A stretch of 64,000 bases of DNA from Eledone cirrhosa (Eukaryota). Position numbers and translations under genes: made by a program. Numbering within the stretch: the stretch's first letter is position 1; each line of letters opens with the position of its first letter. Below the pieces are notes generated by a model, which worked only from the letters and a program-made list of their open reading frames with translations, made no database searches and had not been told where the DNA came from. The stretch spans positions 159,092,001 to 159,156,000 of the forward strand of contig OZ024743.1 of the NCBI GenBank assembly GCA_964016885.1, read 5' to 3'. This document shows, in pieces, positions 12,881 to 27,652 of the stretch.

Positions 12881-14544
12881 GTTATAATTACTATATATAT
12901 ATATATTTGCGTGTGTGTGTGTGTCTGAGAAAACCGAAAACCCTCATTTTCCAACCGGCGCGTATGCCATTGTCATGTTTACATTATTCCGACACTAATT
13001 CCAAATCCACTAAAAAAATATGAACCACAACTAGAAACACACCAAATGAATGTCTAATTTAAGACCTGCAGCGTTACCAGATTTAACGGCTTAATTATAC
13101 ACCCATATATCTCAACCCCGGATGGATCTATTCACACTGTCAAATTTAATTGCACCATCAGGCCGTCTATTTCACTCCACTTATGCAGTGGCACTATAAG
13201 ACATGTGTCGGTAACTCAACACCATCACCATGTGATCTGTACCAACCAATGGTGGCCTTTTGTAAGATACTCTTAATGTGCATATTTCATTTCAGTCTCA
13301 CATATTTCAAAGTGTATGAAAATGTTAGACATGTTAATGTCTATGAAACCACTGGTAATGCATGAATGATTCAATCTCTTTATATAAATATATATGTGTA
13401 CACAGACAAACACACATTAACGCACCGTATTCATACATATGATTATAAACACATACGTAAACTTGTAGCTCCAGTTGAAATAAAACTGCAAAGTTATTGG
13501 GTTTCTTTATTTCATCACGACATTAATTTACATGAAATGGTTACTGTTTCTCGATATAAGTATAAATAAACTGATTATATACTTACATATATTAACTAAT
13601 TAAATGATTTATTTGATGTGTCAAAAATCTAGCAATTACAATTTCAGCTTTAGATCAAAACTAGGCATCGATCTCTTTATGCATAACGCACAGAATCACA
13701 GATAGTGTATAGATATATACTGAATTAAATGCCACATAGACGTAATACATGTGGACTTGAGGCTCAGATTTCATTTGGTTAGGGTCACGTTTGTTTTCTT
13801 TTGTTAAATACAACATAACAATACATCTCGTTAATACCTCTCATGGAGTCAGCTTCAAAAGGTTAACAGAGGTTTTTTCTAAATTCAATCCATTAGCGGC
13901 AGTTAGAAAATCCTCAACTGCTGTATTACTTGATGATCAGCTTTTGAATTAAATAGGTTATTGTATAACGATGGACGAAAGTTCTGTTACCATAGCACTG
14001 GTAGTTTCATAGCGAGTTGTACTAGATTCAAATATTTTGATGCAAATATAAAGCATGAACAGGGATATAAATGTATACATACGTTCAAGCATATTTATAT
14101 CTGTAGGTGTATATATTGTACATTCATTGATCCATACATACATGCACACCTAAACACTTACATGCACACATACATGCATACATGCATACATACATACATA
14201 AACACACATATTTTCCATCTTATCCGCACACATTCGCCCTTTCTCCCTCACACAAACACACATATACGTGATGAGATTACTTTTGAGTTACTAATAAGTG
14301 AAATCTCAGCAATTCTGTAAATATTTTACGCACTTATCTAATTTCATTATATGTAAGTGTACCTGCGTGTGTGTTTGTGTGTGTGTGTGTGCCCGTCTGT
14401 CAGATTTTTGTGTTTATCTGTTCACTATACATATCTAAACAGCCGATTCCACCAAGAGAAAGAGAACTGCAGAGAATGAGAAGGAAAGGGAGAGAGACAG
14501 AATCAGAAAGAAAGTAAAAAAAAAGAATGATACAGATGAAGGAG

Positions 14545-14692
14545 CAGCGTTATTACTGGACTGATACTTTATTTACCACCCTCGAAATGATAAATAACAA
14601 AGTTGAGCGCGGCGAGATATGAACTCAAACAGCAGAAAGCCCGAACGCAAATCATTTTACCAGAGCTTTCAACAATTCTGCCAATCCACCCT
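14545..14692 (-). mobile_element. Degraded tRNA-derived SINE
   Basis: Reverse complement resembles the SINEs at 35011 and 46752 (gagttcatatctcgccgcgctcaactttg...). Confidence 0.5.
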
Positions 14693-15145
14693 ATATGTAC
14701 ACATACACACAGACACACAGACACACACACAAATATGCGCGCACACACACACACACACAAATATGCACACACACACACATATATTGATAAAGAATGTTTT
14801 ATAAAAATGAACCTTTTACTGTTCATAGCTTAGAAAGCCACAATAGTGTTTGTATTACAAAATCTTAATGTGAAAAAATTAAAGATTATTTGAATGAACG
14901 CAACAAGTATAACTATTAATGCGTGTGTCTTCTTTTATTGTTTAGGCCCCAGTCATGCCTAACTAAGCAGAGTTTTGATGAAAGGTGCTTCAGCTTTTGT
15001 ACCATTGTTAAACATTGATTCCAGGAATACATTCTTTTAACACGTTCTTTTAACACATACTTTTAACACGTTCAAAAATTAGGTATTAGGATTGGTGCTC
15101 TGAAATAGCGATGTAAACATGAATGTATGTATAGTATATTTGGCA

Positions 15146-15480
15146 ATATACCGTATGCTTAATTAAAAACATTTAGAAGACCATACGCTATCAGTTTTAA
15201 AGTGGTGACTATGTCACTTACCTAATTTTTGCTGGACCGGCAATCGCTCTGTATAGTCAGCTCCTAATTATTACTGGAATTCTATAAGAATCCAGCTTCT
15301 ATAATCTTCGGCGAGGGCGAGGAGTACGTTGCTCTGATGATCGCCAACAGCGTGAAACAGACAGTTTGTTAGCTTCTCTCCCTTCTTTCGCCGAAGAAAA
15401 GAAGTAAGTGACATAGTCACTACTTTAAAACTGATAGCGTATGGTCTTCAACATGTTTTTTAATCAAGCATACGGTATAT
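15146..15480. mobile_element. Fold-back (MITE-like) element, ~75-bp inverted arms (15146-15221 / 15404-15480)
   Basis: Arms match; internal ctggaattctataagaatccag hairpin; related copy at 34586-34793. Confidence 0.75.
15331..15373 (+). ncRNA. Type I hammerhead motif inside the fold-back element
   Basis: gct-CTGATGA-t-cgc(caaca)gcg-t-GAAA-caga(cag)tttg-TT-agc. Confidence 0.6.
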
Positions 15481-15483
15481 ATC

Positions 15484-15564
<81 letters not shown>

Positions 15565-15568
<4 letters not shown>

Positions 15569-16940
15569 TATTAACAATATTAATAAATGGAAAATATCTT
15601 TATAATAGCATATTTATTTTATCATACGTATTTCAAGGACACACAATTTTAGTGTGCTTTCATCAGATAAAATATGTTTGGTGTTGAGATATTGACATAC
15701 CTTAGCGTAGACTTAATAGTATAAGGTCGCTAACGGCAGTAAGGTAAAATTTCAAAATCACAATGTTGTTAACAAGAATACATTAAAACAGAAAAGGGCC
15801 GTTATTATAGACGCTCGATAAATTTTGAAAAATAGCATATTTTTATTGGTCATGTGGTTGTCGTTAGAGTGTGAAATATTAGTGCAGAATTATGCCCCCC
15901 CCCCACACACATATATATATATACATAAGCATAGAAGAATCTTGTAACTATAGATGTATACTCTAACATATATTTTTTTACGAATGTGAATCTAATTATA
16001 TTGGTTATATAAAAATGTATTGTATTGTAGTATATTATAATCTACTAATGTATACTGTTAATTATAATAATAATTATGTGAGTAAATATATAATGTATTT
16101 GTCGATTTTACCCATGTAAACAACTATGGGGAATAACTCTAAATTATATAAGGTTACAAGTTATGTATTCAAGGTATGTTTTCCATAAACATTGATTAAG
16201 ACATAATTCGATCTATTAGGTCCTATAATAATAATTATTATTATTTATATTGTAAATAAACAACTTAGATACGATTTCAGAGCACCATATAAATGGTTAA
16301 ATGGTTAAAGAACATTTATAGAGATTATGAAAAGTTTTAAAAATTCTATGTAAACAAGAATTGAATATCTCTTTCTTTTGTTAATAATATTACCAGGATT
16401 GGAAATTATATGAAAGTTTTCTTCCGTACAGAGATGACAAATTTTATTCCAAGATATTGAATAATTAGTGTTATTGTCTTTAAAAGATCAAATTAGTTGT
16501 GACAGTGAAGTTGAGAATTTCTTATCAGAGCGTTTAAAAGTATTTTTGTGATCATACCTGAGCTCCTTAAATTTTTATGAAGTGGCCCCTATATAACTAT
16601 ACAGTTTATCTTTAGTTTAATTGAGCATTTATATACTAAATTACTATCTAAGCAATTATTCTCAAGCGGGCAAGAGATATTATTCCTGCAATTACATTTT
16701 ATTATATTGTTACTTGGGGATGTAGTACTATTATTCAGGTATACGTTATTATTATTATTGCTAGTACTATTGATTATATTATTATTGTTATTTGGGTTTC
16801 TTTCAGTTTGATTTATTTTTAGATTTCTATTATTCACTTTTGGTAGATTCTGGGCTAGATTCATATTCGTTGAGTAAGAGAGATTGACTGTATGCCTGTT
16901 AAAAATGTTGAATGATAATCAACAAACCACATAACTCATT
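15565..16940 (-). mobile_element. 5'-truncated PLE (linker, GIY-YIG ~16330-16900, 3' UTR) between (TA)n tracts
   Basis: KCNCRNNISCPLENNCLDSNLVYKC; downstream CHLCTEE...LNSCLH; HHR-like motif near the 3' end. Confidence 0.85.
15617..15672 (-). ncRNA. Type I hammerhead motif, probably inactive (G at position 17)
   Basis: ttttat-CTGATGA-aagcacac...gtgtgtcctt-GAAA-tacgta-TG-ataaaa. Confidence 0.6.
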
Positions 16941-17129
16941 GTTATATATATATGGGTATAAAGCTTATATCCGTAGAAAAACACTCAGACGAAAGGACTA
17001 GTTCAAGATTTCGGTTAGTTCAGTTCTACAACAAATTAGGAAACCATACTCGAGGACACGTGTGGAACTCTCCCCCCTCTCTATCTCTCTCTCTCTCTCT
17101 CTCTATTGATCTCGGTCTCTCTCTATCTT

Positions 17130-17192
<63 letters not shown>

Positions 17193-17194
<2 letters not shown>

Positions 17195-17999
17195 TATTTT
17201 CCGTAGTGTTGTAATATAAATATTACACAAAGTAGATGGACAGCTCACGTATAGTTTGCTCGACGGTTCCAGTTGTAGTTCCAAAAGTAATCCGGAGAAA
17301 AATAGAAGGGTTTTAATGGATACAGTTTAGTTAAAAGGAATTTATTGACACGTGTTTCTATAACAGTTACATAACCTGAAAACAGCTGCTATCTACAAAG
17401 TATTAGTTATGGAGACATTCAATATTTCAATGTTATTATCAACTGTCATTTCATCGGAATAATTTTACTGAGGACCTGTTTGGTTTTTATAGAGAATATT
17501 AGGAGGGAGGGGTGAAGTTGTTAGAAGAATAGTTGGGGGAGTGGTTTTTTGATAGCAGTGAGAATTGTTGGTGGCAGTGAGTAATTAGATTCCCATCTGT
17601 TGTTTTGACATTTTTATAGAATATATTATTGGTTATTTTTCTAAATCTATAGAAGGATTAGAGATAGTATAGATATGCGTGGTTGGTTTTGTGTTTGCAC
17701 TTAATTAACATTCAGACTTAAATTTTTCTTTCAAGTGTACGTATCCTTTCGCCCACGCATTCACACACAAACATATATGAACACCTCTACAAAATACATA
17801 TACTCACATACACATACTTACATGCTCATACTTACATACATATACACATGCATACATATATATATACACATATATACACATATATACACATATATACATA
17901 TGTACATACATACGCGTTCATGTGTATACATTTTCATACTCAACTTATCTTTATATACACACGTATAGAAACACACATATATACACACATACTCCAGTC

Positions 18000-18040
<41 letters not shown>

Positions 18041-18673
18041 ACTTTAATACATGAGTGCACTTACATCTAACTATACACATCAAACATATATATATATTTA
18101 CTTATTTATATACATTTTCACATATATATACATACTTATGGTCGCTTTTAGACACATTCATTATAGCATATTTGCACCTATTCTCATCAGCATATCTTTC
18201 CATTATTAGTGTGGTAATTTAAGGTTATTAATATACATATATATGTTGAGAAGAGATTGTTTTTATATTTTTCTAACTAGATTGAGCTTTATATAGTTGA
18301 GGGGATGTCCCTCTTTTATGTAATATTCAGCTTGTAGTTGGAAAAAAGGGGTTTAGTCCGGTGACGGCAGAATAATGTTCGTTCAATTCTGTTATTCAGC
18401 AATTTCCTCTTGTGTGTGATTATGTAATATATCTCAAGATTACACAATTTGCAGAAATCTCTTCTCAACATATATATGTATATTAATAACCTTAAATTAC
18501 CACACTAATAATGGAAAGATATGCTGATGAGAATAGGTGCAAATATGCTATAATGAATGTGTCTAAAAGCGACCATAAGTATGTATATATATGTGAAAAT
18601 GTATATAAATAGGTAAATATATATATATGTTTGATATGTATAGTTAGATGTAAGTGCATTCATGTATTAAAGT

Positions 18674-18736
<63 letters not shown>

Positions 18737-19404
18737 GACTGGAGTATGTGTGTATATATGTGTGTGTCTATACGTGTGTATATAAAAATAAATTGAGTAT
18801 GAAAATGTATACACATGGACGCGTATGTATGTACATGTATATATGTGTATATATATATGTATGCATGTGTATATGTATGTAAGTATGAGCATGTAATATG
18901 TGTATGTCAGTATATGTATTTTGTAGAGGTGTGCATATATGTTTGTGTGTGAATGCGTGGGCGAAAGGATACGTACACTTGAAAGAAAAATTTAAGTCTG
19001 AATGTTAATTAAGTGCAAACACAAAACCAACCACGTATATCTATACTATCTCTAATCCTCTATAGATTTAGAAAAATAACCAATAATATATTCTATAAAA
19101 ATGTCAAAACAACAGATGGGAATCTAATTACTCACTGCCACCAACAATTCTCACTGCTATCAAAAAACCACTCCCTCAACTATTCTTCTAACAACTTCAC
19201 CCCTCCCTCCTAATATTCTCTATAAAAACCAAACAGGTCCTCAGTAAAATTATTCCGATGAAATGACAGTTGATAATAACATTGAAATATTGAATGTCTG
19301 CATAACTAATACTTTGTAGATAGCAGCTGTTTTCAGGTTATGTAACTGTTATAGAAACACGTGTCAATAAATTCCTTTTAACTAAACTGTATCCATTAAA
19401 ATCC

Positions 19405-19410
<6 letters not shown>
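17193..19410. mobile_element. PLE 3' end with inverted copy of its 3' UTR; ~955-bp arms (17302-18258 / 18456-19410)
   Basis: Spacer minus strand encodes the GIY-YIG C-terminus FCKLCNLEIYYIITHKRKLLNNRIERTLFCRHR; flanked by (TA)n on both sides. Confidence 0.9.
19250..19370 (+). ncRNA. Hammerhead motif with CCGATGA core and ~90-nt stem II domain (mirror at 17342-17462, minus)
   Basis: ttatt-CCGATGA-a-atgacagtt...aactgttat-a-GAAA-cacgtg-TC-aataa. Confidence 0.65.
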
Positions 19411-19480
<70 letters not shown>

Positions 19481-19525
19481 AGTATATTTTCGAAACAGCG
19501 AGTTGATTTGAAATTATTAGAAATG

Positions 19526-19834
<309 letters not shown>

Positions 19835-20069
19835 ATGTTTGTGTGTGTGTGTGTGTGTGTGTTTATATTTATATTTCTTCGGACACACAACGTTTTGGGG
19901 AATTTTAAACGTAGCGGCACCTATTTTTCCGCAGGTAATTTTTCTGGAGAAGAAGAGAGATTGGTCGTGAGAAAGTATAAAAGAGATATACAGGAAGAAT
20001 CGCCACCAGTACTGGTCTAAAATAATTTTATCGACCTCGAAAGGTTGAAGGCAAATTTGCATTATATAT

Positions 20070-20146
<77 letters not shown>

Positions 20147-20151
<5 letters not shown>

Positions 20152-20268
20152 TTGGATTAAACTCTGAACTTTCTTTTGCCAATCTTCCTATGGATAATAA
20201 AATCATATTCGAGCTTTGAATATATGTCTGCCTTATACAGTTGTATTCCCAACTCATTTAATCTACCT

Positions 20269-20336
<68 letters not shown>

Positions 20337-20457
20337 AGGTAGATTAAATGAGTTGGGAATACAACTGTATAAGGCAGACATATATTCAAAGCTCGAATAT
20401 GATTTTATTATCAATAGGAAGATTGGCAAAAGAAAGTTCAGAGTTTAATCGAATTTT
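20147..20457. repeat. Inverted repeat, ~125-bp arms around a central (TA)n
   Basis: Mirror ORFs 20157-20429(-) and 20176-20448(+). Confidence 0.95.
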
Positions 20458-21604
20458 AAATTTCCAATCGTATTAGTCTTGCAACATAAATTAAATAAAT
20501 AAATAACCAACCTCATTCCGAATATCTCCAAACACGAAATATTTCGAAACATGTAAACAAACTTTACAGATATGCGGGCAACGTTAAACATTATGGAAGA
20601 TTAGTTGTACAAATTAAAAATAATTAGCAATACATATACTATGTCGTGGTTAGTTTAACTGTTATACTCAATACTCGTATAAACATTATATGATTGAAAC
20701 TATGTCTTATCAATTTCATAACACATACTAATTAATGTTACGGCCAATTTAAAAAACTATATAGTATGATAAGAAAAAAAAAACAATATAAGTATTATGG
20801 AAGCTTACACTAATAATAATGTATCAGTTATGTGAATGATTTTTATTTCTTAAGAACTATTAACTAATACTCCATCTCACGGAGTGTTGAATATTATCTT
20901 TTTTAGAGACCAGATACTTTTAGCTAAAGATGTAGAATTTAAAATTGTATTTTAAATCTATTAGCTGTGGCTCCTATGTAATTAAAGGATGTATTGCAAG
21001 TTAAATCTTCACATTTATACACTATATTACTTCTAAGGCAATATCCTCTAAGGGGGAATGAGCCTGCCATCCTACAGTAACAATTGGTTAACGGATTTTT
21101 AGTACTAGGAATTTTTTTCAAATATTACCCTGGTGCGGTTAGGAGTTTTTATTATTCGATGGCATACAATAATTATTATTTCATTTATTCAGTTCTTTAT
21201 TATCTACGACTTCAGGCTAGTTATGTGCAGAGGTGTTTGTTCTAGTTCATATAAGTTTATTTTCTTATTTTTATTCATTGACAAATATAAAATGTAATAT
21301 GAAAAAAACAATCTTTTTGTTTTATTTAATGATTCTGATGAATTCAATACTGAGGAATAAATGCAACTTCCTTCTGTACTGGAATGATACGCGTGTAAAC
21401 CAATTAAATAATGTATTAAACATTGGTTATTTATTTATTCATTTTATATATGCTCTGTGATGTAAAACTACTATGACTTGAATATACAAATTGGATTAAA
21501 TTCTGAACTGACTTTCGCCGATCTTACTGTGCACAAAAATCACATTCGAGCTGTGAATATCTGTCTGCTGTAGACAATTGTATTATCAACTCATCTAATC
21601 TACC

Positions 21605-21605
<1 letters not shown>
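20335..21605. mobile_element. Old PLE remnant with diverged inverted termini and an internal GIY-YIG fragment (~20880-21090, minus)
   Basis: NCYCRMAGSFPLRGYCLRSNIVYKC...YIGATANRFK; 21488-21605 is a diverged inverse of 20335-20455; degenerate HHR at 21331-21401 (CTGATGA..GATA cgcgtg TA). Confidence 0.75.
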
Positions 21606-21643
<38 letters not shown>

Positions 21644-21755
21644 GGGGTGGGGGTGGGGGGTGTTTCTGTATTTTAATTAGCCGTGATGTTAAATAATTAC
21701 ATATAAGTATATTAACAATTAGAAGAAAGAATATAATTGCAAGAAGCTTTAGATC

Positions 21756-21816
<61 letters not shown>

Positions 21817-22249
21817 CACACACACACACATTTATATATAAACGCATAAATTTGTATATAGAGACACAAACAAATGTACAATAACAGTATATTTAGACGT
21901 GCGGTGAAATTTAACACTATAGGTAAACCACAGTGCTTTCAATAGCAAGAGAGTTCAGGATTAAATGTGAAATACAAAACGATGTAAAGTGGACAGCGGA
22001 AATTAATAGGAGCATCAACATAGAATACCTGAGGTTAAATGTTTAGGAAGTAAAAGACACCCGGTGCGGCTCTAACGATCACCTTCCTGAGATGATAAAA
22101 GCACCACAATTTTACATTACTCTTTCTATAATTAAATTCTTACATACATACATACAAACATACATACATACGTACATACATACATACGTACATACATACA
22201 AACGTACATACATACAGACATGTATATATGCATACATGCATACATAGAT

Positions 22250-22596
22250 GATGATAATGGCTGCCCCCTCGTTATCGAGTATGGCCATTGCACGATATAA
22301 CATTATTAATAATTATCAATTAAGCTATCTTGCAATGCCTGTGCGTGAAGATTATTTTTTAAAGTGAGGAAAGTATGTGCACTGAGCCAATCCCACTTTC
22401 TGAGCGGCAGTAGCTATAACCCGAAAAGAAGAAAAGATCAACATCATCGGTAACTACGGAGCCGCAGGTTTTATGTCGGAGTTATCCCAGTTTGCCTTCT
22501 CCTAGAAGAATGCTCACAAAGGCTAGTGGTACTTCACTCCCAGTGGTTTAACCGTGCGATCGGGTAACCAGCCCGATTATTTCTTGTCCCCGCGCA
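22250..22596 (-). mobile_element. Short non-autonomous RTE derivative (5' UTR-like segment joined to RTE-like 3' tail)
   Basis: ctaggagaaggcaaact motif (related copy at ~23100-23170, plus strand); tail ggccatactcgataacgagggggcagcca is similar to the tail at 22884-22920. Confidence 0.55.
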
Positions 22597-22659
22597 TATA
22601 TACACATATGTATACATGTATATACATATATATACATATGTATATACATATTTACATAT

Positions 22660-22853
22660 TTTTGGATGGTCATTGACTCTTATGAATTCTTCCAATTTTT
22701 GTGAGGTTTTGGTTTTTGTCCTGCAAGGTGTCCAAAATCACCCTCCTCACCAAGTAAAGTTGGTGGAGGGTTGCCGATTTAGTCACTGATGACACGACCA
22801 TGTGATAGGTTATACTGGGTTACATGTTGCCAGTAGCACCTAAGAGTGACCCG
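22660..22853 (-). mobile_element. RTE-like 5' UTR fragment
   Basis: aacccagt...ggtcgtg...gactaaa...caggacaaaaac layout recalled from RTE/BovB-like 5' ends; not database-checked. Confidence 0.4.
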
Positions 22854-22883
22854 ACATACATACACACACACATACATACATAC

Positions 22884-23060
22884 ATGGTGGCTGCCAACTC
22901 GTTTTCGAGTACGGCAACTACTTTATATCCATGTAGGAGAACCCCTACCGATGCGCTGAACGAGTGTGACTTTTTAGTCCAGCCAGCGACTTGTAAACTC
23001 TGGTACAAACACTACACTTGTGACAATTATTGACACATAGTGCTGGGCCCATGGTACCAT
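22884..23060 (-). mobile_element. RTE-clade LINE 3' end with terminal C2H2 finger
   Basis: CSVCTRVYKSLAGLKSHTRSAHR* followed by a short tail ending at (TGTA)n. Confidence 0.7.
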
Positions 23061-23294
23061 GTGACGACAAGTGCAGAGAGATCTCCAGATATAAAACAAT
23101 GCCTAGAAGAAGGAAAACTCTGATATAACACCTGCAATCCTGATGGTATCCAATGATGTTGACTTTTTGGTAAATATCATCTTGGTTAAGAAAGTGGGAC
23201 ATACATACATACATACATACATACATACATACATACATACATACATACATACATACATACATACATACATACATGCATACACACATAACGCACA

Positions 23295-23692
23295 CTATAC
23301 CTTCAGATTTATACCTGTGATTATTGGGGCATTGGGATATGTTAGTAACTGCCCTAGTACAAACTACGAGAAGCTGGTCTTCACAGAACGAGAAAGAACA
23401 CAACTAGTTAGGAAATCACTATTGCAATCCATTAATGGAATAGTAAAAATATGTAAAACATTCATAAAGTTCTGCATGTAATAACTGCATGCACACATAA
23501 ACAAAACACATGCACATACACATATAACTCAAAACATGCACATCCACATAAATTTAACACCCATACCTGCACACCTTATGCACACATATCTACCTAGTTG
23601 ATGTTGTGTAAATTCCAATGAAAAATTATTGTGTCTATGTTAGAAACCGACTCTCTCCATATGGTTAAAATTTATAAAATTATGAAAGCAGA
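23295..23692 (+). mobile_element. 3' fragment of an RLE-type LINE (R4/Dong-like) within (CATA)n
   Basis: FIPVIIGALG...LLQSINGIVKICKTF*, typical of the RLE C-terminus. Confidence 0.6.
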
Positions 23693-23816
23693 ACATACAT
23701 ACATACAGACAGACAGACAGAAAGACGTGGATACATATATACATACACACACATACACATACATATTTACATACATACATACTAGTTTGTAGACGTACAT
23801 ATAACACACACACACG

Positions 23817-23848
<32 letters not shown>

Positions 23849-24110
23849 GTTTTATGAATATAGACGCACCACACAAACACACACGCACACACGCATGTAC
23901 ACACACTCACACACACACACACTCACACGTACACACGAACTCACACACACACATATACAACAACAACAACAACAACATTTCTTAAATAAATTCGCAAAGC
24001 AATCAAGATCTTGTAGTTTATTAGAAATGAAATATACATGTATACATACATATATATATAAATATATATATAAACACACACACACACACACACACACATA
24101 CACACACACA

Positions 24111-24192
<82 letters not shown>

Positions 24193-24918
24193 GTACATAA
24201 TTACTTTTTTTCTATTTGAAAATTGATATTGTTCAGTAGAACGAAATTAGGTTGTATACGAGTGAGACAACAAATCAAAACGAATTCATTTGTTCGTTGA
24301 AAAGTACAAGCATGCGTACATAGCTAGCCTAAAAACGTAACTTAAAATAGATAATTATTATTACAATAAATTGATTTTAAAATGTTTAACTTATTCGTCG
24401 ATCGACTGAATTAATTTTTTCGTCTGACTGGGGTTAGAATACACATATTTCGGTAGTTTGTCACCAAATAGTTTGAATGTAGTTTGGATGACATAATAAT
24501 TCTACGCACATGTTAAAAATAAGATTTTAAATATATAATTAAAACATATAAATTTTGAAAAAGAAATTATAAACGCGACAACAACAAAAAAAAGTACAGG
24601 AAATAAAACTGAAACACAGCACTGATAGAGGAAGTCTGGAAATCTACTAAAAGTCTACAAAACGACTGGAGACGGCAATGCTGATACAAAATATAAATAT
24701 GATGTAACGCTAAAAAAAGGATAAGAATTAATGTACAATGATTACTGTGGAGAAAAACAATTTAACAAAGACGTAGATATCACACAATGATTTTCCTAAC
24801 GAATGTTTCTTCCAAGATTGTAAAATTATATTACTATTAATTGTTGCAATTGTTTAAATGTAATATTGCTGAGGATAGTGTTGATGTTTTCATTAGGATA
24901 ATATATATTTCATGTTAC

Positions 24919-25017
<99 letters not shown>

Positions 25018-25062
25018 GAAAATAAAACAAAGAAGCCTTCAATACATCAAAAGTCTTTATTA

Positions 25063-25100
25063 GCCAACAATGTTTCGTCCTATTAAGGACTCATCAGGGC
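25063..25100 (-). ncRNA. Minimal type I hammerhead (inverted copy at 28905-28942, plus)
   Basis: gcc-CTGATGA-gtcc(ttaata)ggac-GAAA-cattg-TT-ggc, then AATAAA. Confidence 0.85.
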
Positions 25101-26839
25101 AATCAAAACCACAAGAAGTACTATCGTCCAATACAAGCCGAAAACTCCGAAGAATATGGAGTGTACATACACTAAAGTATTGGAAGATTAGGGGTAAAAA
25201 TATATAATAAAAATCACTAAGGAGGTGGATAACATTTTGGACCATATTACAAATATAGTCCAAAGCAAAATAACTAGAGCTAAACAAGGTGGTTATATAG
25301 AGCGGGAATTATAGTACTATATGTAATACAATATAATATAATATAATATACTTGTAACAATATTAAAATTAAAATTAAAATTAAAAGGCACAATATACAT
25401 ATGTATATATGTACGCACACGTACGCACATATACATATACATCAATACACATTTCCATCATTAACAGCACAAATTAAACCTTATTAAGAGTTTAAATATA
25501 AATAAGCATAATAGGAATAAAAATAAAAATAATACGTATATCTAATATACAGTATAACATGAAGTAATGAAATGATTAAAAATAACACATATAATATATA
25601 ATAAACTATATAATTATATAATATATAATATAATATAATCGATAATCTCCGGTTAATTTACACAAACAATATAGATGTCACAATAATACTATAATAATAA
25701 TATAATAATATATAATATATAATGGCATGTAAGTTAACAAATCAATTCATATAGAGTTACAGAGTAGGTGAGAAAAAAATATAAATTGTACAATACCCAA
25801 AATTATGATGGTACAAAAATATAAACATCTTACATGATATATAAAATTTAACATATCATAATGGTACATAAAATCATCGGTAAGTAATAAGGATCATAAG
25901 TACATTTACAAAGAGTCGAATAACAACTTCAATATAAAATAATGAACATAATATAATATATAATTACTTATAATAACAAGGTTGGTAAACAGACACATAT
26001 GTGAATGAGTGAATAAGGGCCAGGCAGAAAATACTATGCACAGTAGTATTAATAAATAAATAAATAAAATCAACCGGAAATTAAAAAACAAAAACAAAAG
26101 TATTTACTTAGGTCTCACATGCAGTTAAGTAAAAACTTAGGAAACAACCCAGATAAATGACTAGAAAACCCTATTTGATAAATTAATATTGAAAATATTT
26201 AAAATACCTAATAAGGCAATACAATATTAGTTACGGTTTAAGTAATCAAAATTCCTAAACATCAATATTTCACTATAAATATATATAGGAAGGAATGAAA
26301 TATTCTACTATCATTTACATAACGATATCTAAAAAACTGACTTAAGCAGAATTATGGTAGGCTAATAGGGACAGAAAAAAAGAAATGTATGTAGGATACA
26401 AAGGAGCATAAAATCATAATCAATATACTGTATTATATAATAGAAAGGAGCATAAAAAAGGGGGGGATTAAATATAATCATAATATATTTGAAGGGGTTA
26501 GCAATAAGTTTATGTGTGCATGGGGGGGGGGGGGGAGGGGGGTATCCAGAGAAGAATCCAAATAAAATAAAATAAAATGAAATAAAATAATATAAAATAT
26601 ATAATCAGATATATACTCTTAAGGTGTTAATAGTGAAAATTTAATGTGTAAGAAGATAGATATGGTATAGTAGCCAAAAGATTATGAGAGCTAGAATAAA
26701 AAGTTGTCAAAAACCAATGATAATAATGACGACAATAATGGTGGTAAACAAAAAGAACCTAAACTAAAAAAATAAGTAATGGAATATATCAGCTAATGGA
26801 TACAATTTACTCTACTAGAACCTTTAGGTTTATAATAAA

Positions 26840-27580
26840 AGTAAGAATTAGAAATAGCGTGGGGGCAAAAAGAGAATATCTCAGACTTTCTATTAAGTAA
26901 GGATTCACTAGAGAAAATTATAGAGTGTCTCTAGGATACAGAGATTACAAAATTTAGTATGTGTAGAAAGGTTATTAGAGCGTGCTACTAAACGCCAATT
27001 AAGGCTATATGGTATACTAGCCCCCTTAAGATCCCAGATATAGTGTGCTAAAGAAGTAGAATTCTTAAACCTAACATGTTTGAAATTAGAGATATGAGAA
27101 TTAAACCTAGTCTTAAAAGTGTTAGATCTAGAGCCTATATAAGTTCTATTAGAGGAATTAGTTATAACTACGCAAGCATAAACGATGTTCTTAGAGAGGC
27201 AGTTACCGTTTAAAGGGCAGTTAGCACTCACTCTATGGTACACTTCCGGGTGCTATTGATTGGCTGAAGTAGTGATGCATTACACGTAGGATTACTATTA
27301 GATAAGGTCTGCTCTGGTGGTAAGGCATTTGCAGATCTGTTCAGACTAGTAGTATGTAGAGAGGAGTATCCATCCCTAATTTTCCTATTGTTAGTGCTAG
27401 CTAAATGAGACCTAATATTAGGGGTGGTAGAGAATGAAAGTTTAATAACATTTTTATTAAAAATACTATGGTATTTATGAGAAGGGGGGAAATTTTTCTC
27501 TAAGATAGAAAAGAAAGACCTAGGGATATTAGTTAATACTTCCTGATTATATGGCGGGTTAAAATAAGTATTTAGTCTCC
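26840..27580 (-). pseudogene. PLE linker plus GIY-YIG endonuclease
   Basis: FNPPYNQEVLTN...KNFPPSH; NCPLNGNCLSKNIVYACVV...YIGSRSNTFKTRFNSH...FCNLCILE. Confidence 0.9.
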
Positions 27581-27652
27581 TATTTTTATCCTTTCCGACT
27601 CTACCATTATCTAATATCCCACTATTAAGACCAGGGTTATTACAAGGATTAG

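Noticed and set aside
22780-22800. CTGATGA on the plus strand
   Set aside because: No GAAA or stem III downstream; part of an unrelated hairpin
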